Shown here: positions 28,777 through 39,213 of the stretch, in pieces | Layout of the letters: the number at the start of each line of letters is the position of its first letter | How positions within the stretch are numbered: the first letter of the stretch is position 1 | Origin: Bacteroidota bacterium | Lineage (GTDB): Bacteria; Bacteroidota; Bacteroidia; Cytophagales; Cyclobacteriaceae | Reading direction: 5' to 3' | Length of the DNA: 64,000 nucleotides | Assembly: GCA_051715445.1 (NCBI GenBank) | Contig: JBPXJU010000023.1 | Location: forward strand, 171,914 to 235,913 | Made by a program: the position numbers and the translations under genes | The notes under the pieces: generated by a model | Told to the model about the DNA's origin: nothing | The model's database searches: none | The model's input: the letters and a program-made list of their open reading frames with translations, nothing else

Positions 28777-29208
28777 ATGAAAAATTGGATGTTTGTAGCG
28801 GCTCTGGTGTTCTGTGCGGCAGCAGTATATGCGCAGCAGGTTCCACAGCCAACCACACTTAACAAGAATGAAGTAAAGGCCGATGTGGCTGTATTTAGCT
28901 GGGACAATACCACCCACGATTTTGGAAAAGTAAAGCAAGGCACACCGGTTACCCACGAGTTTAAATTTACCAATACCGGAAAGGTACCTCTGGTAATTAC
29001 CAATGTGCAGGCTTCGTGCGGTTGCACCACCCCAGCCTGGACAAAAGAGCCGGTAATGCCCGGTGGTCAGGGTTTTATTAAAGCAACATACAACGCAGCA
29101 TCGGCTGGTGCTTTTAATAAAACAGTTACCGTAACCGCTAATATTGAAACCGGATTTATTCAACTTACCATTAAAGGCGAAGTACAACCTACAGATGTGG
29201 GTAAGTGA
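28777..29208 (+). CDS. DUF1573 domain secreted protein
   Basis: Signal peptide; HDFGKV, F.FTNTG..PLVI..V.ASCGCT, PG..G.I. Confidence 0.9.
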   Translation: MKNWMFVAALVFCAAAVYAQQVPQPTTLNKNEVKADVAVFSWDNTTHDFGKVKQGTPVTHEFKFTNTGKVPLVITNVQASCGCTTPAWTKEPVMPGGQGFIKATYNAASAGAFNKTVTVTANIETGFIQLTIKGEVQPTDVGK

Positions 29209-29231
29209 TCTCCTTCGTTGAAAGAGAAACA

Positions 29232-29259
29232 AAAAAGTCAGGCCATCGCCTGACTTTTT
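29232..29259. terminator. bidirectional intrinsic terminator
   Basis: AAAAAGTCAGGC-CATC-GCCTGACTTTTT between convergent genes. Confidence 0.9.
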
Positions 29260-29266
29260 CTTTTTA

Positions 29267-29710
29267 TCATCGTTGGTTTTTTCGTTTTGAAGTAATCTTA
29301 ATTACACCGGCACCTCCCGCTTCACCAAAAGGTTGCAACTTTACAGGGTCTTTAATTACTTCTATCGATTGAATACTGTTTGGATCTATGGAGGAAATGT
29401 CATCCACTTGTTTCCCATCCAAAAGATATAGTGGTTTGTTAGCTGTACTGGCTTTAGTAGTTACCAGAACAACACCATGCTTACCCGCTTCACCATACTG
29501 ATCAATGGCTTCCTGTCCTCTCAAAACTTTTATCTCCTTAATCTTTTCGGGATTTAGCTTCTGCAAAGCATGGGCAGAGTCTGAGCGCAAATATTTTATT
29601 CCATCTATTACAATTATGGGATCTTCTTTTTTCTCCTCTTTCGCTGCTGGCTCTTGCGCGAAACAACAAACACTAAGAAATACCAATACTTGTGCTAATA
29701 AAGCTTTCAT
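29267..29710 (-). CDS. secreted protein made of two TonB-plug-like repeats
   Basis: Signal peptide; PIIVIDG..LNP..I..I.VL....YG..G..GVVLVTTK and PLYLLDG..IDP..I.SI.VIK....FG..G..GVIKITSK. Confidence 0.75.
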   Translation of the reverse strand: MKALLAQVLVFLSVCCFAQEPAAKEEKKEDPIIVIDGIKYLRSDSAHALQKLNPEKIKEIKVLRGQEAIDQYGEAGKHGVVLVTTKASTANKPLYLLDGKQVDDISSIDPNSIQSIEVIKDPVKLQPFGEAGGAGVIKITSKRKNQR

Positions 29711-29740
29711 GCGAATTAGATTTTGATCTAAGATAAAGAA

Positions 29741-30532
29741 TTAATCGGTATAATACGTATCAATGATGTGTTGACTGATTACACGATAAATTTCAGTTAC
29801 CCGTTCATCTTCATTCAGAAATTGAATGTGGTTATCCAGAATTTCCAGATCGCCCCGTTTGGCAGGGCCGGTTTGCGAATACCGGGGGCCTATCGTTAAT
29901 CCTTTTTGAAGGGTTTCGGTAATGAGTGGTTTGAGTAAATTATAATCGAGCGAATTTTGCTGCATAATTTGCTGAGCGAGCGTAAGCATGTGATTGGTAA
30001 AGTTAGAGGCAAACACAGCCGCTACATGCAAAGCCTTGCGCTCTTCTGAAGTTATTTTGTGAACCTGTTTACTCAAACCTTTTGCCAGCGCAAGAACAAC
30101 AGCTGCGGCTTCATCGGTTAAGGTTTCTACAAAAAGCGGAATGGTTGAGAAATCAACTTTGCGTTCTTTACTAAATGTTTGCAGTGGATACAATACACCC
30201 ACATGTGGAGTGGCCGCATATTGTAATTCAGTGATGGGAATACTTCCTGAAGTATGAATTAAAACGGCATCATCGGGTAAAATAATTTCGCGCGCCATTT
30301 GGGCAATAGCGTCATCGCGCACCGCCATAATAAAAATGGACGAATTGGAGGTAGAAAAATCCAGCGTTGCTTTTACTTCGGCCTGGTACAAGCGTTCGGT
30401 AAGTGCTTCGGCATGTTGGGGGTTGGGGCTGTAAACCTCTTTCACTACAAAACCTGCATTATCCAAAGCCGGAGCCAAATGCCAAGCTAAGTTACCGGAG
30501 CCAATAAACGATATAAAAACCTGAGCTGCCAT
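29741..30532 (-). CDS. Rossmann-like and DUF2520 domain protein
   Basis: IGSGNLA, AVRDDAI, HTSGS, YPLQTFS, LHVAAVFASNF, QTGPAKRGD; start MAAQ. Confidence 0.9.
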   Translation of the reverse strand: MAAQVFISFIGSGNLAWHLAPALDNAGFVVKEVYSPNPQHAEALTERLYQAEVKATLDFSTSNSSIFIMAVRDDAIAQMAREIILPDDAVLIHTSGSIPITELQYAATPHVGVLYPLQTFSKERKVDFSTIPLFVETLTDEAAAVVLALAKGLSKQVHKITSEERKALHVAAVFASNFTNHMLTLAQQIMQQNSLDYNLLKPLITETLQKGLTIGPRYSQTGPAKRGDLEILDNHIQFLNEDERVTEIYRVISQHIIDTYYTD

Positions 30533-30758
30533 GCGATTAAATTTAGGTAAAACCCTGAAATGTGCATAACTAAAAGACAGCCAACAGACTGTTACTAAAA
30601 ATTTCCAATTGCAAAGGCTAACGATTGCAAAGGTGACCTGATGCAGCAAGGTCTTAAAGGCTTGTGTGCTTATTAAAAATAATTAGTAACACATGATATT
30701 AATCAGTTCGCAATGCAAAATCGCATGGTATCTTTCGGCCATTAAAAGTCACCATGGT

Positions 30759-32054
30759 ATGAACATTCCTTATATGTCCGCAGCAGAAGCGGTAAAACTT
30801 ATTCAGTCAGGCGATCGCGTATTTATCCACGGAAGTGCCGCGACCCCGCAAGCATTACTAAAGACGCTTGCCGAAAACTCCGAACACCTGCGGCAGGTGG
30901 AGTTAACAGCTGTTAGTACGCTTGGGCAACTGGATCTTGCCAAGCCGGAATTTAAGGACAGGTTTTACTTCAACTCTTTATTTGTTTCAGAAAACATCCG
31001 GGCTTGCGTAAATGGCGATAATGGTGAATACATTCCAATTTTTTTAAGTGAGATTTCGCGCCTTTTCGAGAAAGGAATTTTAACTATCGATGTGGCCCTG
31101 ATTCATATTTCACCACCCGATAAGCATGGCTTTTGTTCATTGGGCACTTCCGTAGATGTAGCCAAATCGGCTGTGAAGCATGCCAAAAAAATTATTGCGC
31201 AGGTTAATCCCAACATGCCCCGCACGCATGGCGATGGGTTTATCCATATCAGCAAATTGAATGCGATGGTAGAAGTTCAGGATGCATTGCCTCAGGTTAA
31301 TTATGGAGCACGCATTTCTGAATCCGATCGTATTATCGGGCAGAAGGTGGCCGAGTTGGTAGAAGATCGCAGTACCCTTCAGATGGGTATTGGCGCGATT
31401 CCCGATGCGGTATTGCAATCGCTGGGTCATTGTAAAGACCTGGGTGTACATACCGAAATGTTTTCGGATGGTGTGATTGATCTGGTGAAACAAGGTGTGG
31501 TCACCAATGCGTACAAGAAAAAACATCGGGGTAAAGTGGTTACGGCTTTTGCAATTGGTACCGATAAACTCTACAACTTTATTGACGATAACCCGGGCTT
31601 TGGATTTTTGGAAGCCGATTACGTGAATGACACGCGTGTGATTCGCGCGAACCCCAAAGTGGTGGCAATAAACAGCGCGATTGAAATTGATTTAACTGGC
31701 CAGGTGTGTGCCGATTCTATTGGTACGTATCAATACTCGGGCGTAGGCGGGCAAATGGATTTTATTCGGGGAGCTTCTTTATCGGAAGGTGGCAAACCGA
31801 TTATTACGCTGGCTTCGGCTACTAAAAAAGGTGAATCGAAAATTGTTCCGTTCTTAAAACCCGGAGCCGGTGTGGTTTCTACCCGGGCACACGTACATTA
31901 TGTGGTTACGGAGTATGGTATTGCGAATCTGTATGGAAAAAATTTGCATCAACGCGCATTGGCGTTAATGAACATTGCACACCCCAACAACCGCGAAATG
32001 TTAGATCGGGAGATTGTTAAACGTTTTGGAAGCAGGCAGTTTGCGGTGAGTTAG
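30759..32054 (+). CDS. acetyl-CoA hydrolase/CoA-transferase
   Basis: GSAATP, LQMGIGAIPD, HTEMFSDG, SGVGGQMDF, VVTEYG; start MNIPY. Confidence 0.93.
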   Translation: MNIPYMSAAEAVKLIQSGDRVFIHGSAATPQALLKTLAENSEHLRQVELTAVSTLGQLDLAKPEFKDRFYFNSLFVSENIRACVNGDNGEYIPIFLSEISRLFEKGILTIDVALIHISPPDKHGFCSLGTSVDVAKSAVKHAKKIIAQVNPNMPRTHGDGFIHISKLNAMVEVQDALPQVNYGARISESDRIIGQKVAELVEDRSTLQMGIGAIPDAVLQSLGHCKDLGVHTEMFSDGVIDLVKQGVVTNAYKKKHRGKVVTAFAIGTDKLYNFIDDNPGFGFLEADYVNDTRVIRANPKVVAINSAIEIDLTGQVCADSIGTYQYSGVGGQMDFIRGASLSEGGKPIITLASATKKGESKIVPFLKPGAGVVSTRAHVHYVVTEYGIANLYGKNLHQRALALMNIAHPNNREMLDREIVKRFGSRQFAVS

Positions 32055-33196
32055 ACACCAACTTTCACAGTATAGATTGATGCAAGTTTTTCAATAACAA
32101 AATCAATCTCATCGCTTGTATTGTATTTGCTGAAAGAAAAACGCACTGCACCGCGTTTGGAGTTAGGGTAAATAGCGCCCAGCACATGCGAGCCTGTACT
32201 GGCTCCGCTGGAGCACGCACTGCCACCCGATGCAGAAATTCCTTGCATATCTAAGTTGAACAGCAGCATGTCGTTCTCCTCGTTTTCCGGAAGGCTAACG
32301 TTTAGTACGGTATATAAGCTTTTATCCAGGTCGGCAGAACTTCCGTGGAAACTTACTCCCGGAACAGCGGCCTGAAGTTTAGCGATCATCTGTTTTTTCA
32401 ACGCTGTGATGTGTGCTTCGTGTGCATCCATTTCGCGGTAACAGATTTCGAGTGCTTTGGCGAGACCGATAATACCATACACATTTTCAGTACCCCCACG
32501 CATGTTGCGCTCTTGCGCACCACCATGCACAAACTGCTTTATCTTTTTGTCTTTGTTGATATACATGAAGCCAACTCCTTTCGGTCCATGAAACTTATGC
32601 GCTGCGGCTGTCATACCATGCACTTTTAGTTTCTTCATGTCGTGCCGGTAGTGTCCCATGGTTTGCACCGTATCAGAATGAAAATAGGCTCCGTACTGTT
32701 CGCATAAATTGCCAACCGCCTCCAGACTTAACAAATTCCCAATTTCATTATTGGCATGCATTAGCGATACCAATGCATTGGGATGCGTTTTTAATAACTC
32801 CTCCAGATGCTGTAAATCCACATTGCCCTGTGCATCCAGTTTTACAAAGTGCAGTTCAATGGCTTTTTGTTTTTCTAACGTTTCAAGGGTGTGGGTTACC
32901 GCGTGGTGTTCGATGGGGGTGGAGATAGCATGTTTAATTCCGTACGTTTCAACCGCACAGCGGATAATCGCATTATCGGCTTCGGTACCCCCCGAAGTAA
33001 AAATGATTTCGCCCGGAGTGCAGTTCAGCAACTCGGCAATTTTTTTTCGGGATGATTCAATTGCAGCCCTAACCTTACGCCCATGGGCGTGAGTGGAAGA
33101 GGGATTTCCAAAATCTTCCAGCATGAAGGGTTTCATGGCTTCAAATACCTCCGGGTCGAGCGGAGTAGTAGCAGCATTATCCAGGTAAACTCGCAT
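32051..33196 (-). CDS. iscS: IscS/NifS-type cysteine desulfurase
   Basis: YLDNAATT, HANNEIG, AAHKFHGPKG, RGGTENV, SGGSACSSG catalytic Cys. Confidence 0.93.
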   Translation of the reverse strand: MRVYLDNAATTPLDPEVFEAMKPFMLEDFGNPSSTHAHGRKVRAAIESSRKKIAELLNCTPGEIIFTSGGTEADNAIIRCAVETYGIKHAISTPIEHHAVTHTLETLEKQKAIELHFVKLDAQGNVDLQHLEELLKTHPNALVSLMHANNEIGNLLSLEAVGNLCEQYGAYFHSDTVQTMGHYRHDMKKLKVHGMTAAAHKFHGPKGVGFMYINKDKKIKQFVHGGAQERNMRGGTENVYGIIGLAKALEICYREMDAHEAHITALKKQMIAKLQAAVPGVSFHGSSADLDKSLYTVLNVSLPENEENDMLLFNLDMQGISASGGSACSSGASTGSHVLGAIYPNSKRGAVRFSFSKYNTSDEIDFVIEKLASIYTVKVGV

Positions 33197-33205
33197 AGCG
33201 CAAAA

Positions 33206-34591
33206 TTATTGAATAATTTCCTGAATGTCAGCGATTATACGCTGGGCCAATTGCGTGGCCTTCTTTTCATTCTGCGATTCGGCATAGATGCGGATAATGG
33301 GCTCCGTATTGCTTTTGCGCAGGTGTACCCACTCCTTTTCTTTTTCGAAATCGATTTTCACCCCATCGATGGTATTAATGTTTTCGTGGATATATTTTGC
33401 CTTTACCTTTTCCAACACCTGATCCACATTAATCTGGGGCGTAAGTTCAATCTTGTTTTTGGAAATGAAATAAGCCGGATAGGATTTGCGTAATGCGGAA
33501 ACCGTAAGCTTAGCCTTGGCGAGATGACTCAAGAACAAAGCAATGCCCATCAACGCATCGCGGCCGTAATGAAAATCGGGAACGATGATACCGCCATTAC
33601 CTTCGCCACCAATAACTGCTTTAACGGCCTTCATTTTGTTTACCACATTTACTTCGCCAACGGCTGCAGCAGCATACTGACCTCCGGCAAGCTCGGTTAT
33701 ATCGCGCAGTGCCCGGGTAGAAGATAGGTTGGAAACGGTATTTCCTTTTTTCTTTTTCAGGATGTATTCGGCCACCGCCACCAGCGTGTATTCTTCACCA
33801 AAAGGTTTACCATCTTCCTGAATCAGTGCCAAACGATCTACATCCGGATCAACCACAATACCCAGGTCGCATTTTTCTTTCTTAACTACAGCCGTAATCT
33901 TTTTAAGATGTTCAGGAAGCGGCTCAGGATTGTGAGCAAATTTACCATTGGGTTCGCAATACAACGGTACAATTTTCTTCACACCCAATGCCTTTAACAA
34001 CAGCGGCACAGCAATACCACCGGTTGAGTTCACAGCATCTATTGCAATTTTGAATTTAGCGTTTTGAATGGCACGTTTATCTACCAGCTTATGCTTTAAA
34101 ATCAGGTTAATGTGTTTTTGAATGTACGTGTCGTTTTGGGTGTAACTACCGATTTCGGTAACCGGTGCAAAATCAAAACTATCTTGTTGGGCAACTTGTA
34201 ACACATGCGCACCATCTTCTGCCGAAATAAATTCGCCTTTCTCATTCAACAGCTTCAGTGCATTCCATTGCACGGGGTTGTGGCTGGCTGTAAGAATAAT
34301 TCCACCTCCGGCTTTTTCTAATGGTACGGCAATTTCAACCGTAGGGGTGGTGGATAAACCAAGATCAACCACGTTAAGGCCAAGACCTTGCAGGGTGGCG
34401 GAAACCAGTTGACTAACCATTTCGCCAGAAGGACGGGCATCGCGCCCGATTATAATTTTTTTTCCACCGCGGGCTTTCACCCATGTACCAAAAGCGGCAG
34501 CAAATTTTACAACATCAACAGGTGTTAAGGCTTCGCCCGGTTTACCGCCAATGGTACCGCGTATGCCTGAAATGGATTTGATTAAGGTCAC
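33206..34591 (-). CDS. glmM: phosphoglucosamine mutase / phosphohexomutase
   Basis: SISGIRG, TASHNP, DPDVDR, GGEGNGG, RKSNTEP; GTG start. Confidence 0.88.
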   Translation of the reverse strand: MTLIKSISGIRGTIGGKPGEALTPVDVVKFAAAFGTWVKARGGKKIIIGRDARPSGEMVSQLVSATLQGLGLNVVDLGLSTTPTVEIAVPLEKAGGGIILTASHNPVQWNALKLLNEKGEFISAEDGAHVLQVAQQDSFDFAPVTEIGSYTQNDTYIQKHINLILKHKLVDKRAIQNAKFKIAIDAVNSTGGIAVPLLLKALGVKKIVPLYCEPNGKFAHNPEPLPEHLKKITAVVKKEKCDLGIVVDPDVDRLALIQEDGKPFGEEYTLVAVAEYILKKKKGNTVSNLSSTRALRDITELAGGQYAAAAVGEVNVVNKMKAVKAVIGGEGNGGIIVPDFHYGRDALMGIALFLSHLAKAKLTVSALRKSYPAYFISKNKIELTPQINVDQVLEKVKAKYIHENINTIDGVKIDFEKEKEWVHLRKSNTEPIIRIYAESQNEKKATQLAQRIIADIQEIIQ

Positions 34592-34723
34592 GATTAAAAA
34601 ATTTGGGCGAAGTTAACGCAATCTGCAGAACCAATTGGAATGGAGGCCACAATATTGTCAGTCCGAACCGCTCAGGCAGAAAAGATGGTTGGGATTTCTA
34701 TCAAATCAGGAGGAGACGAAAGA

Positions 34724-34972
34724 CTAACCTTTCTTTCTGATCTCTGGCATTTCTGCAATGGCTTGAGCTTTCTCTTTTTCCGGATCGCCACAGGCATCAC
34801 CCGCACCTACTACTTTACCACAATAGCCACAGGTAATTCCTTCTTTCGCCAGGAACGGACTTTGTGTAGCGCAGGTCCCTCTGAATTCGCCATTCTTTAC
34901 GAACAATAACCGGACAGACATCAGAATGAAGAAGAGCGCAAAAATTCCGAGTGTTACAAGAAAGATAGCCAT
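34724..34972 (-). CDS. small single-TM protein with four Cys (NqrM-like layout)
   Basis: MAIFLVTLGIFALFFILMSV + GTCATQSPFL...CGYCG.....C. Confidence 0.75.
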   Translation of the reverse strand: MAIFLVTLGIFALFFILMSVRLLFVKNGEFRGTCATQSPFLAKEGITCGYCGKVVGAGDACGDPEKEKAQAIAEMPEIRKKG

Positions 34973-35057
34973 ACTGCTGCGGTTTTGATTTGACGAATAC
35001 CGATTTTTGTTGCGGTAAAAATACAACAGTTAATTTGCATAGATAAGTTTCATACCT

Positions 35058-35873
35058 ATGAAAAAAAGCCCACTTTCAGCGCCAGATCCAAACCGTGAGG
35101 CCAAATTAAAAGCATTCGACCGGCTGCTTACCGTTATGGACGAATTGCGCGAGAACTGCCCGTGGGATAAAAAGCAAACGCTGGAATCGTTGCGGCATTT
35201 AACCATAGAGGAAACCTACGAATTATCGGATGCCATTCTGGAGGGTAACCTAAACGAAGTAAAGAAAGAACTGGGCGACTTAATGCTGCACAATGTGTTT
35301 TATGCCCGCATTGCTTCTGAACAAGGGGTATTTAATGTGGCCGATGTGTTGAATGCTATTTGCGATAAGTTAATTGAAAGGCATCCGCACATCTATGGCG
35401 ATGTAATTGCTACGGATGAAAAAACCGTAAAAGAAAACTGGGAGAAAATCAAACTGAAGACGGGAAACAAATCTGTTCTGGAAGGCGTACCCAAGTCGTT
35501 GCCAGCTTTGGTAAAGGCCATTCGCATACAAGACAAAGCGCGGGGTGTGGGTTTTGATTGGGAAAGAAAAGAACAAGTGTGGGAAAAAGTGGAGGAGGAG
35601 ATGAGCGAATTTAAAAACGAGTTTAATGTGGAGTCAAATGATGCGATCAATAAAGAAAAGGCAATGGCCGAATTTGGCGATCTATTGTTTTCGTTAGTGA
35701 ACTATGCGCGGTTTATCAACCTTGATCCCGAAGAGGCTTTGGAACGCACCAACAAAAAATTTATTAAACGATTTCAATACCTCGAAACGGAATCAGCTAA
35801 AGATGGTAAGAAGATGGGCGAGATGACACTGGCCGAAATGGATGAATACTGGAACCGGGCTAAAAATATTTAA
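35058..35873 (+). CDS. mazG: nucleoside triphosphate pyrophosphohydrolase
   Basis: CPWDKKQT, EETYEL, ELGDL, RHPH, GFDW, EFGDLLF. Confidence 0.95.
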   Translation: MKKSPLSAPDPNREAKLKAFDRLLTVMDELRENCPWDKKQTLESLRHLTIEETYELSDAILEGNLNEVKKELGDLMLHNVFYARIASEQGVFNVADVLNAICDKLIERHPHIYGDVIATDEKTVKENWEKIKLKTGNKSVLEGVPKSLPALVKAIRIQDKARGVGFDWERKEQVWEKVEEEMSEFKNEFNVESNDAINKEKAMAEFGDLLFSLVNYARFINLDPEEALERTNKKFIKRFQYLETESAKDGKKMGEMTLAEMDEYWNRAKNI

Positions 35874-38347
35874 TTATCAATCTCCCACTCAAACTCTTCT
35901 TCCGTAAGCTCCAGTTCTTTTTTCTTTTTCTGGCCTTTTAGCTTGAAGGCATCTTTCAATTCCTGCACTTCTTTTTTTAAGTCGCTGGTAATTTTTTTCT
36001 TAACCGCGTCTTTATCCAGACTTACATCATACACATCGGTAGTGCCGGTAATCTTTAAGAATATTTTTGCATTACCGCTGCCATCTTCTTCAATAGCACC
36101 AAAGGCTTCATCAGGGTCAATCTTCTTTTTGTTGCGAAGGGGTGCTACTACCCGATATTCTATTCGCTGATCAAAGGTATGAGTGCCACTTAACTGAATG
36201 GTGGTAACATTACTCTTTACTTCCATTTGCGGTAAGTAAATGGTTTGGTTTTCAATGTGAATTTCATTTTTTAAATCGGCAAAACGCAATTTGCTTAGCC
36301 CTTCATCGTCCAGGTATTTGTTGAGCTTTTTCATAGGCTCAAAGTTGTTCAACTCACCATTTTTGATGGTTGCGCTGATATCGGCAATTAATGTGGGTGC
36401 AATCAGGTTAAGCTTTTCATTCAGGGTCATTTCAAGATCTACGTTCGCGTAAGCCCGGCCTTTCAGGTGTTTATCTTCAATAAAAGTCTGATCGAAATTC
36501 TCAAACACGTAGAACACGCTATCTACCTGCAACCCATCAAGCTTAAAGGTTGAGATTACATCAATTGCCTTTGGGTTTTTTGCATCAACTATTCCATTTA
36601 AGGTAAGGGCGCCACCCATCACATTCATGGTAATGTTGCGCGACACCGCTACTTGATTTTTAACCAACAGATCGCCTTTGATGTTGCTCGGCTTGAAGCG
36701 CCTGTATTTCATCTTCTTCACATCACAATTAAAATTGAGTTGTACAAGAGGCGAAATGTGAAACTGGTACTCGTTGGATTCTTCCTGCTCAAATCCTATA
36801 GAAAAAAGCTGATCGAGATCTAAGAAATCCGATTTAAGGTCGGTTTCTATGCCGATGGGTTGGTTTTCAAACAATAGAAAGGTAATGATGTTTTTAAAGA
36901 ACCCGTTGAGTTGAAAATCGCTATTCTCAAAATGTCCACGCACATTGCTCAGAGCAAGGTCGTTATTATTGAATTGTAAGGTTCCGTTAATATCCTTAAA
37001 ACGAATGCCCTGTTTGCCATATGCAAAGTTTACATTGTTTAAGGTTATGGCTCCGTTGGTTTTTACTTTTTGAGCTGTAGCTTTTTTCTTGAGCAACGAA
37101 GTTTTACCCTCAAACATAATGTCGGCATCAATCAGGCCCATCAGCTCTTTAACTTCCGGTATCGGATAAAAACTATTGATGGATGCTGCATCTAATTCGC
37201 CTTTAAAATCAAGTGTGATGTAGGGATCGTTAAATTGACTGATGCCGAGGTTTCCGGTAAATGTTTTGCCATTTAACTCACCTTCCATATCCTTCAGAAA
37301 TAATCGTGCATCACTGAAATCAGTTAGTGATGGACTAGCAAACGAGCCATTGAGATTAGCTTTTGAAATACGCGATTGATAATCGGGATGGTATAGCGTG
37401 GCATCCTTACATCCAAACGATGCTGAAATAAACGGACTCTTTTTGTCGCTGATTTCGCCTTTTAATGTGAGATTAAAAAACACATCGCCATCGCTGCGAT
37501 ATTGTTTCAGTTTTTTACTGGTTTCATCGGGTAATAATGAAAGCAGCGTTTGGATGTCGGTATCTTTTCCGGCCGCTGTAAGGTCTATCAGGTTTTTGTC
37601 TTTAAATGTATAGTGGCCACCGATTTCAAACTGGGAGCGGGCGATTTTTAAAACGGATGAGTTGAAGTCAACTATCTTTTTATCATCATCATAGTCAACC
37701 CGGGCATCTACTTCAAAAGTTTTGTTGGTTAGAAATAGCGTTCTGCCCACGCCAATCTGCTCGGTAATTACATCGCCTTTAGCGGTTATGTTATACAAGT
37801 CGTTTGTCACAATAATAGAGGCAGTAAGTTTTTCGCTATTGAAAACGTGATGTTGGTCGGCTTGTTGATCGAGGTAACTCACAATGGTATTAATCAACCG
37901 CACATTACGCAGATCGAATTGAACCATACCCGTTCCACTGCCCTGAACTTCTTTAAGAATAATATAATTGGCTTTACCGGCTGCATTACTACGCAGATTG
38001 GTTTCGCTTTCGGTAATGGATAATCCACGAATGGAATAGTTGCCTTTCCACAGTTCAACGGGACTTAGCGTAAAGGCCATATGCCGGGCTGTTAATAGCG
38101 GGTAAATGCCGGGGTGGCTGTCTTCGATGTAAACATCGGTAAGTACAATGGCCAGGTTGGGAAAATCATCAAACATAGACACATCGATTTTGCCGATTTT
38201 TACCGGGGTGTTCAGGTGTTTGTTGGCTTCTGTTACGAACCGCTGAATAATCTTGTCCTTAAACAGAAATACGGAGGTAACTGCACTGGCAAAAAGTATG
38301 GCCAGTACTACTGCGGTGTAAATCAGGATTTTCTTAAGCCGCTTCAA
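35870..38347 (-). CDS. AsmA-like family protein
   Basis: N-terminal TM anchor, long beta-rich body, C-terminal LRFADLKNEIHI/GTHTFD pattern; TTG start. Confidence 0.75.
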   Translation of the reverse strand: MKRLKKILIYTAVVLAILFASAVTSVFLFKDKIIQRFVTEANKHLNTPVKIGKIDVSMFDDFPNLAIVLTDVYIEDSHPGIYPLLTARHMAFTLSPVELWKGNYSIRGLSITESETNLRSNAAGKANYIILKEVQGSGTGMVQFDLRNVRLINTIVSYLDQQADQHHVFNSEKLTASIIVTNDLYNITAKGDVITEQIGVGRTLFLTNKTFEVDARVDYDDDKKIVDFNSSVLKIARSQFEIGGHYTFKDKNLIDLTAAGKDTDIQTLLSLLPDETSKKLKQYRSDGDVFFNLTLKGEISDKKSPFISASFGCKDATLYHPDYQSRISKANLNGSFASPSLTDFSDARLFLKDMEGELNGKTFTGNLGISQFNDPYITLDFKGELDAASINSFYPIPEVKELMGLIDADIMFEGKTSLLKKKATAQKVKTNGAITLNNVNFAYGKQGIRFKDINGTLQFNNNDLALSNVRGHFENSDFQLNGFFKNIITFLLFENQPIGIETDLKSDFLDLDQLFSIGFEQEESNEYQFHISPLVQLNFNCDVKKMKYRRFKPSNIKGDLLVKNQVAVSRNITMNVMGGALTLNGIVDAKNPKAIDVISTFKLDGLQVDSVFYVFENFDQTFIEDKHLKGRAYANVDLEMTLNEKLNLIAPTLIADISATIKNGELNNFEPMKKLNKYLDDEGLSKLRFADLKNEIHIENQTIYLPQMEVKSNVTTIQLSGTHTFDQRIEYRVVAPLRNKKKIDPDEAFGAIEEDGSGNAKIFLKITGTTDVYDVSLDKDAVKKKITSDLKKEVQELKDAFKLKGQKKKKELELTEEEFEWEIDN

Positions 38348-38458
38348 AAAAGTTTAAAAAATGATTAGGCAAAAATAGGACACAAGAATTAAACCATACC
38401 GATAAGACGTACGGATATGGGTAGGAATAACGAGGTGTTGAAGACAAAATTTTATTTT

Positions 38459-38489
38459 TTTGCACAATTCCAATTCTCTTTTACCTTTG
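38459..38489 (+). promoter_or_regulatory. Bacteroidota -33/-7 promoter of tRNA-Val
   Basis: TTTG (38459-62), 19-nt spacer, TACCTTTG (38482-89). Confidence 0.8.
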
Positions 38490-38505
38490 CAGTCCCAAAA
38501 CAAAA

Positions 38506-38580
38506 GGGAGCTTAGCTCAGCTGGTTCAGAGCATCTGCCTTACAAGCAGAGGGTCGGGGGTTCGAACCCCTCAGCTCCCA
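38506..38580 (+). tRNA. trnV: tRNA-Val (TAC), CCA not encoded
   Basis: Acceptor GGGAGCT/AGCTCCC, D-arm TAGCTCAGCTGG, anticodon arm TCTGC-CTTACAA-GCAGA, T-loop TTCGAA. Confidence 0.98.
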
Positions 38581-38582
38581 CT

Positions 38583-38609
38583 AAAGCCACTGTTTCAGTG
38601 GCTTTTTTT
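38583..38609. terminator. intrinsic terminator after tRNA (probably also serves the convergent gene)
   Basis: AAAGCCACTG-TTT-CAGTGGC-T7. Confidence 0.9.
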
Positions 38610-39213
38610 ATTTCCAATAATCATACTGCATATACCGCGCGGTTTCAAGGGCTACTTCCGGCCCTTGCAATCTGGCTACCACATAAAAAGCCATATCAAT
38701 ACCGGCCGACACCCCGGCTGAAAGAATGACTTTGCCATTGTCCACATAGCGTTGATCGGCAAGCACTTTGGTGGTGGGTGCTAGTTGCTTCAAAGCATCA
38801 ACAGCCATAAAATGTGTGGTGGCTTGCAGGCCCTCCAACAATCCGGCCTTGGCCAGAATTAGTGCGCCCGTACAAACCGAAAGCACCAGTTCAGCTTTAG
38901 CATTTTGCTGTTTAACCCAATTAACCATAACCGGGTTGTCCATTTCCCTTCGCGAACCAAACGGCTTACCATCTGGGTAATACCCACCGCCACCGGGCAC
39001 CAGAAAAATGTCGGCAGCAGGGGCATTCTCAAACAAATAAGTGGGTTTAACAACCAGGTTATTGCGGGCTGTTATTGTTTCTTTTTCGGCTACGGTAAAT
39101 ACTTCATAAGGCTCGCCTGTGTTTCTTTTCCCGGTAACGGAAAAAACTTCAAAAGGTCCGGCAAAATCCAGTACCTCCACCTCATCAAACAAAACAATAG
39201 CAATTTTCTTCAC
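38608..39213 (-). CDS. DJ-1/PfpI family protein
   Basis: EVLDFAGPFEVF, VPGG, SVCTGA, SAGVSAGIDM. Confidence 0.9.
   Translation of the reverse strand: MKKIAIVLFDEVEVLDFAGPFEVFSVTGKRNTGEPYEVFTVAEKETITARNNLVVKPTYLFENAPAADIFLVPGGGGYYPDGKPFGSRREMDNPVMVNWVKQQNAKAELVLSVCTGALILAKAGLLEGLQATTHFMAVDALKQLAPTTKVLADQRYVDNGKVILSAGVSAGIDMAFYVVARLQGPEVALETARYMQYDYWK

Noticed and set aside
38460-38729. 89-aa ORF in the track
   Set aside because: It runs through the tRNA, its terminator and the antisense DJ-1 gene; spurious.
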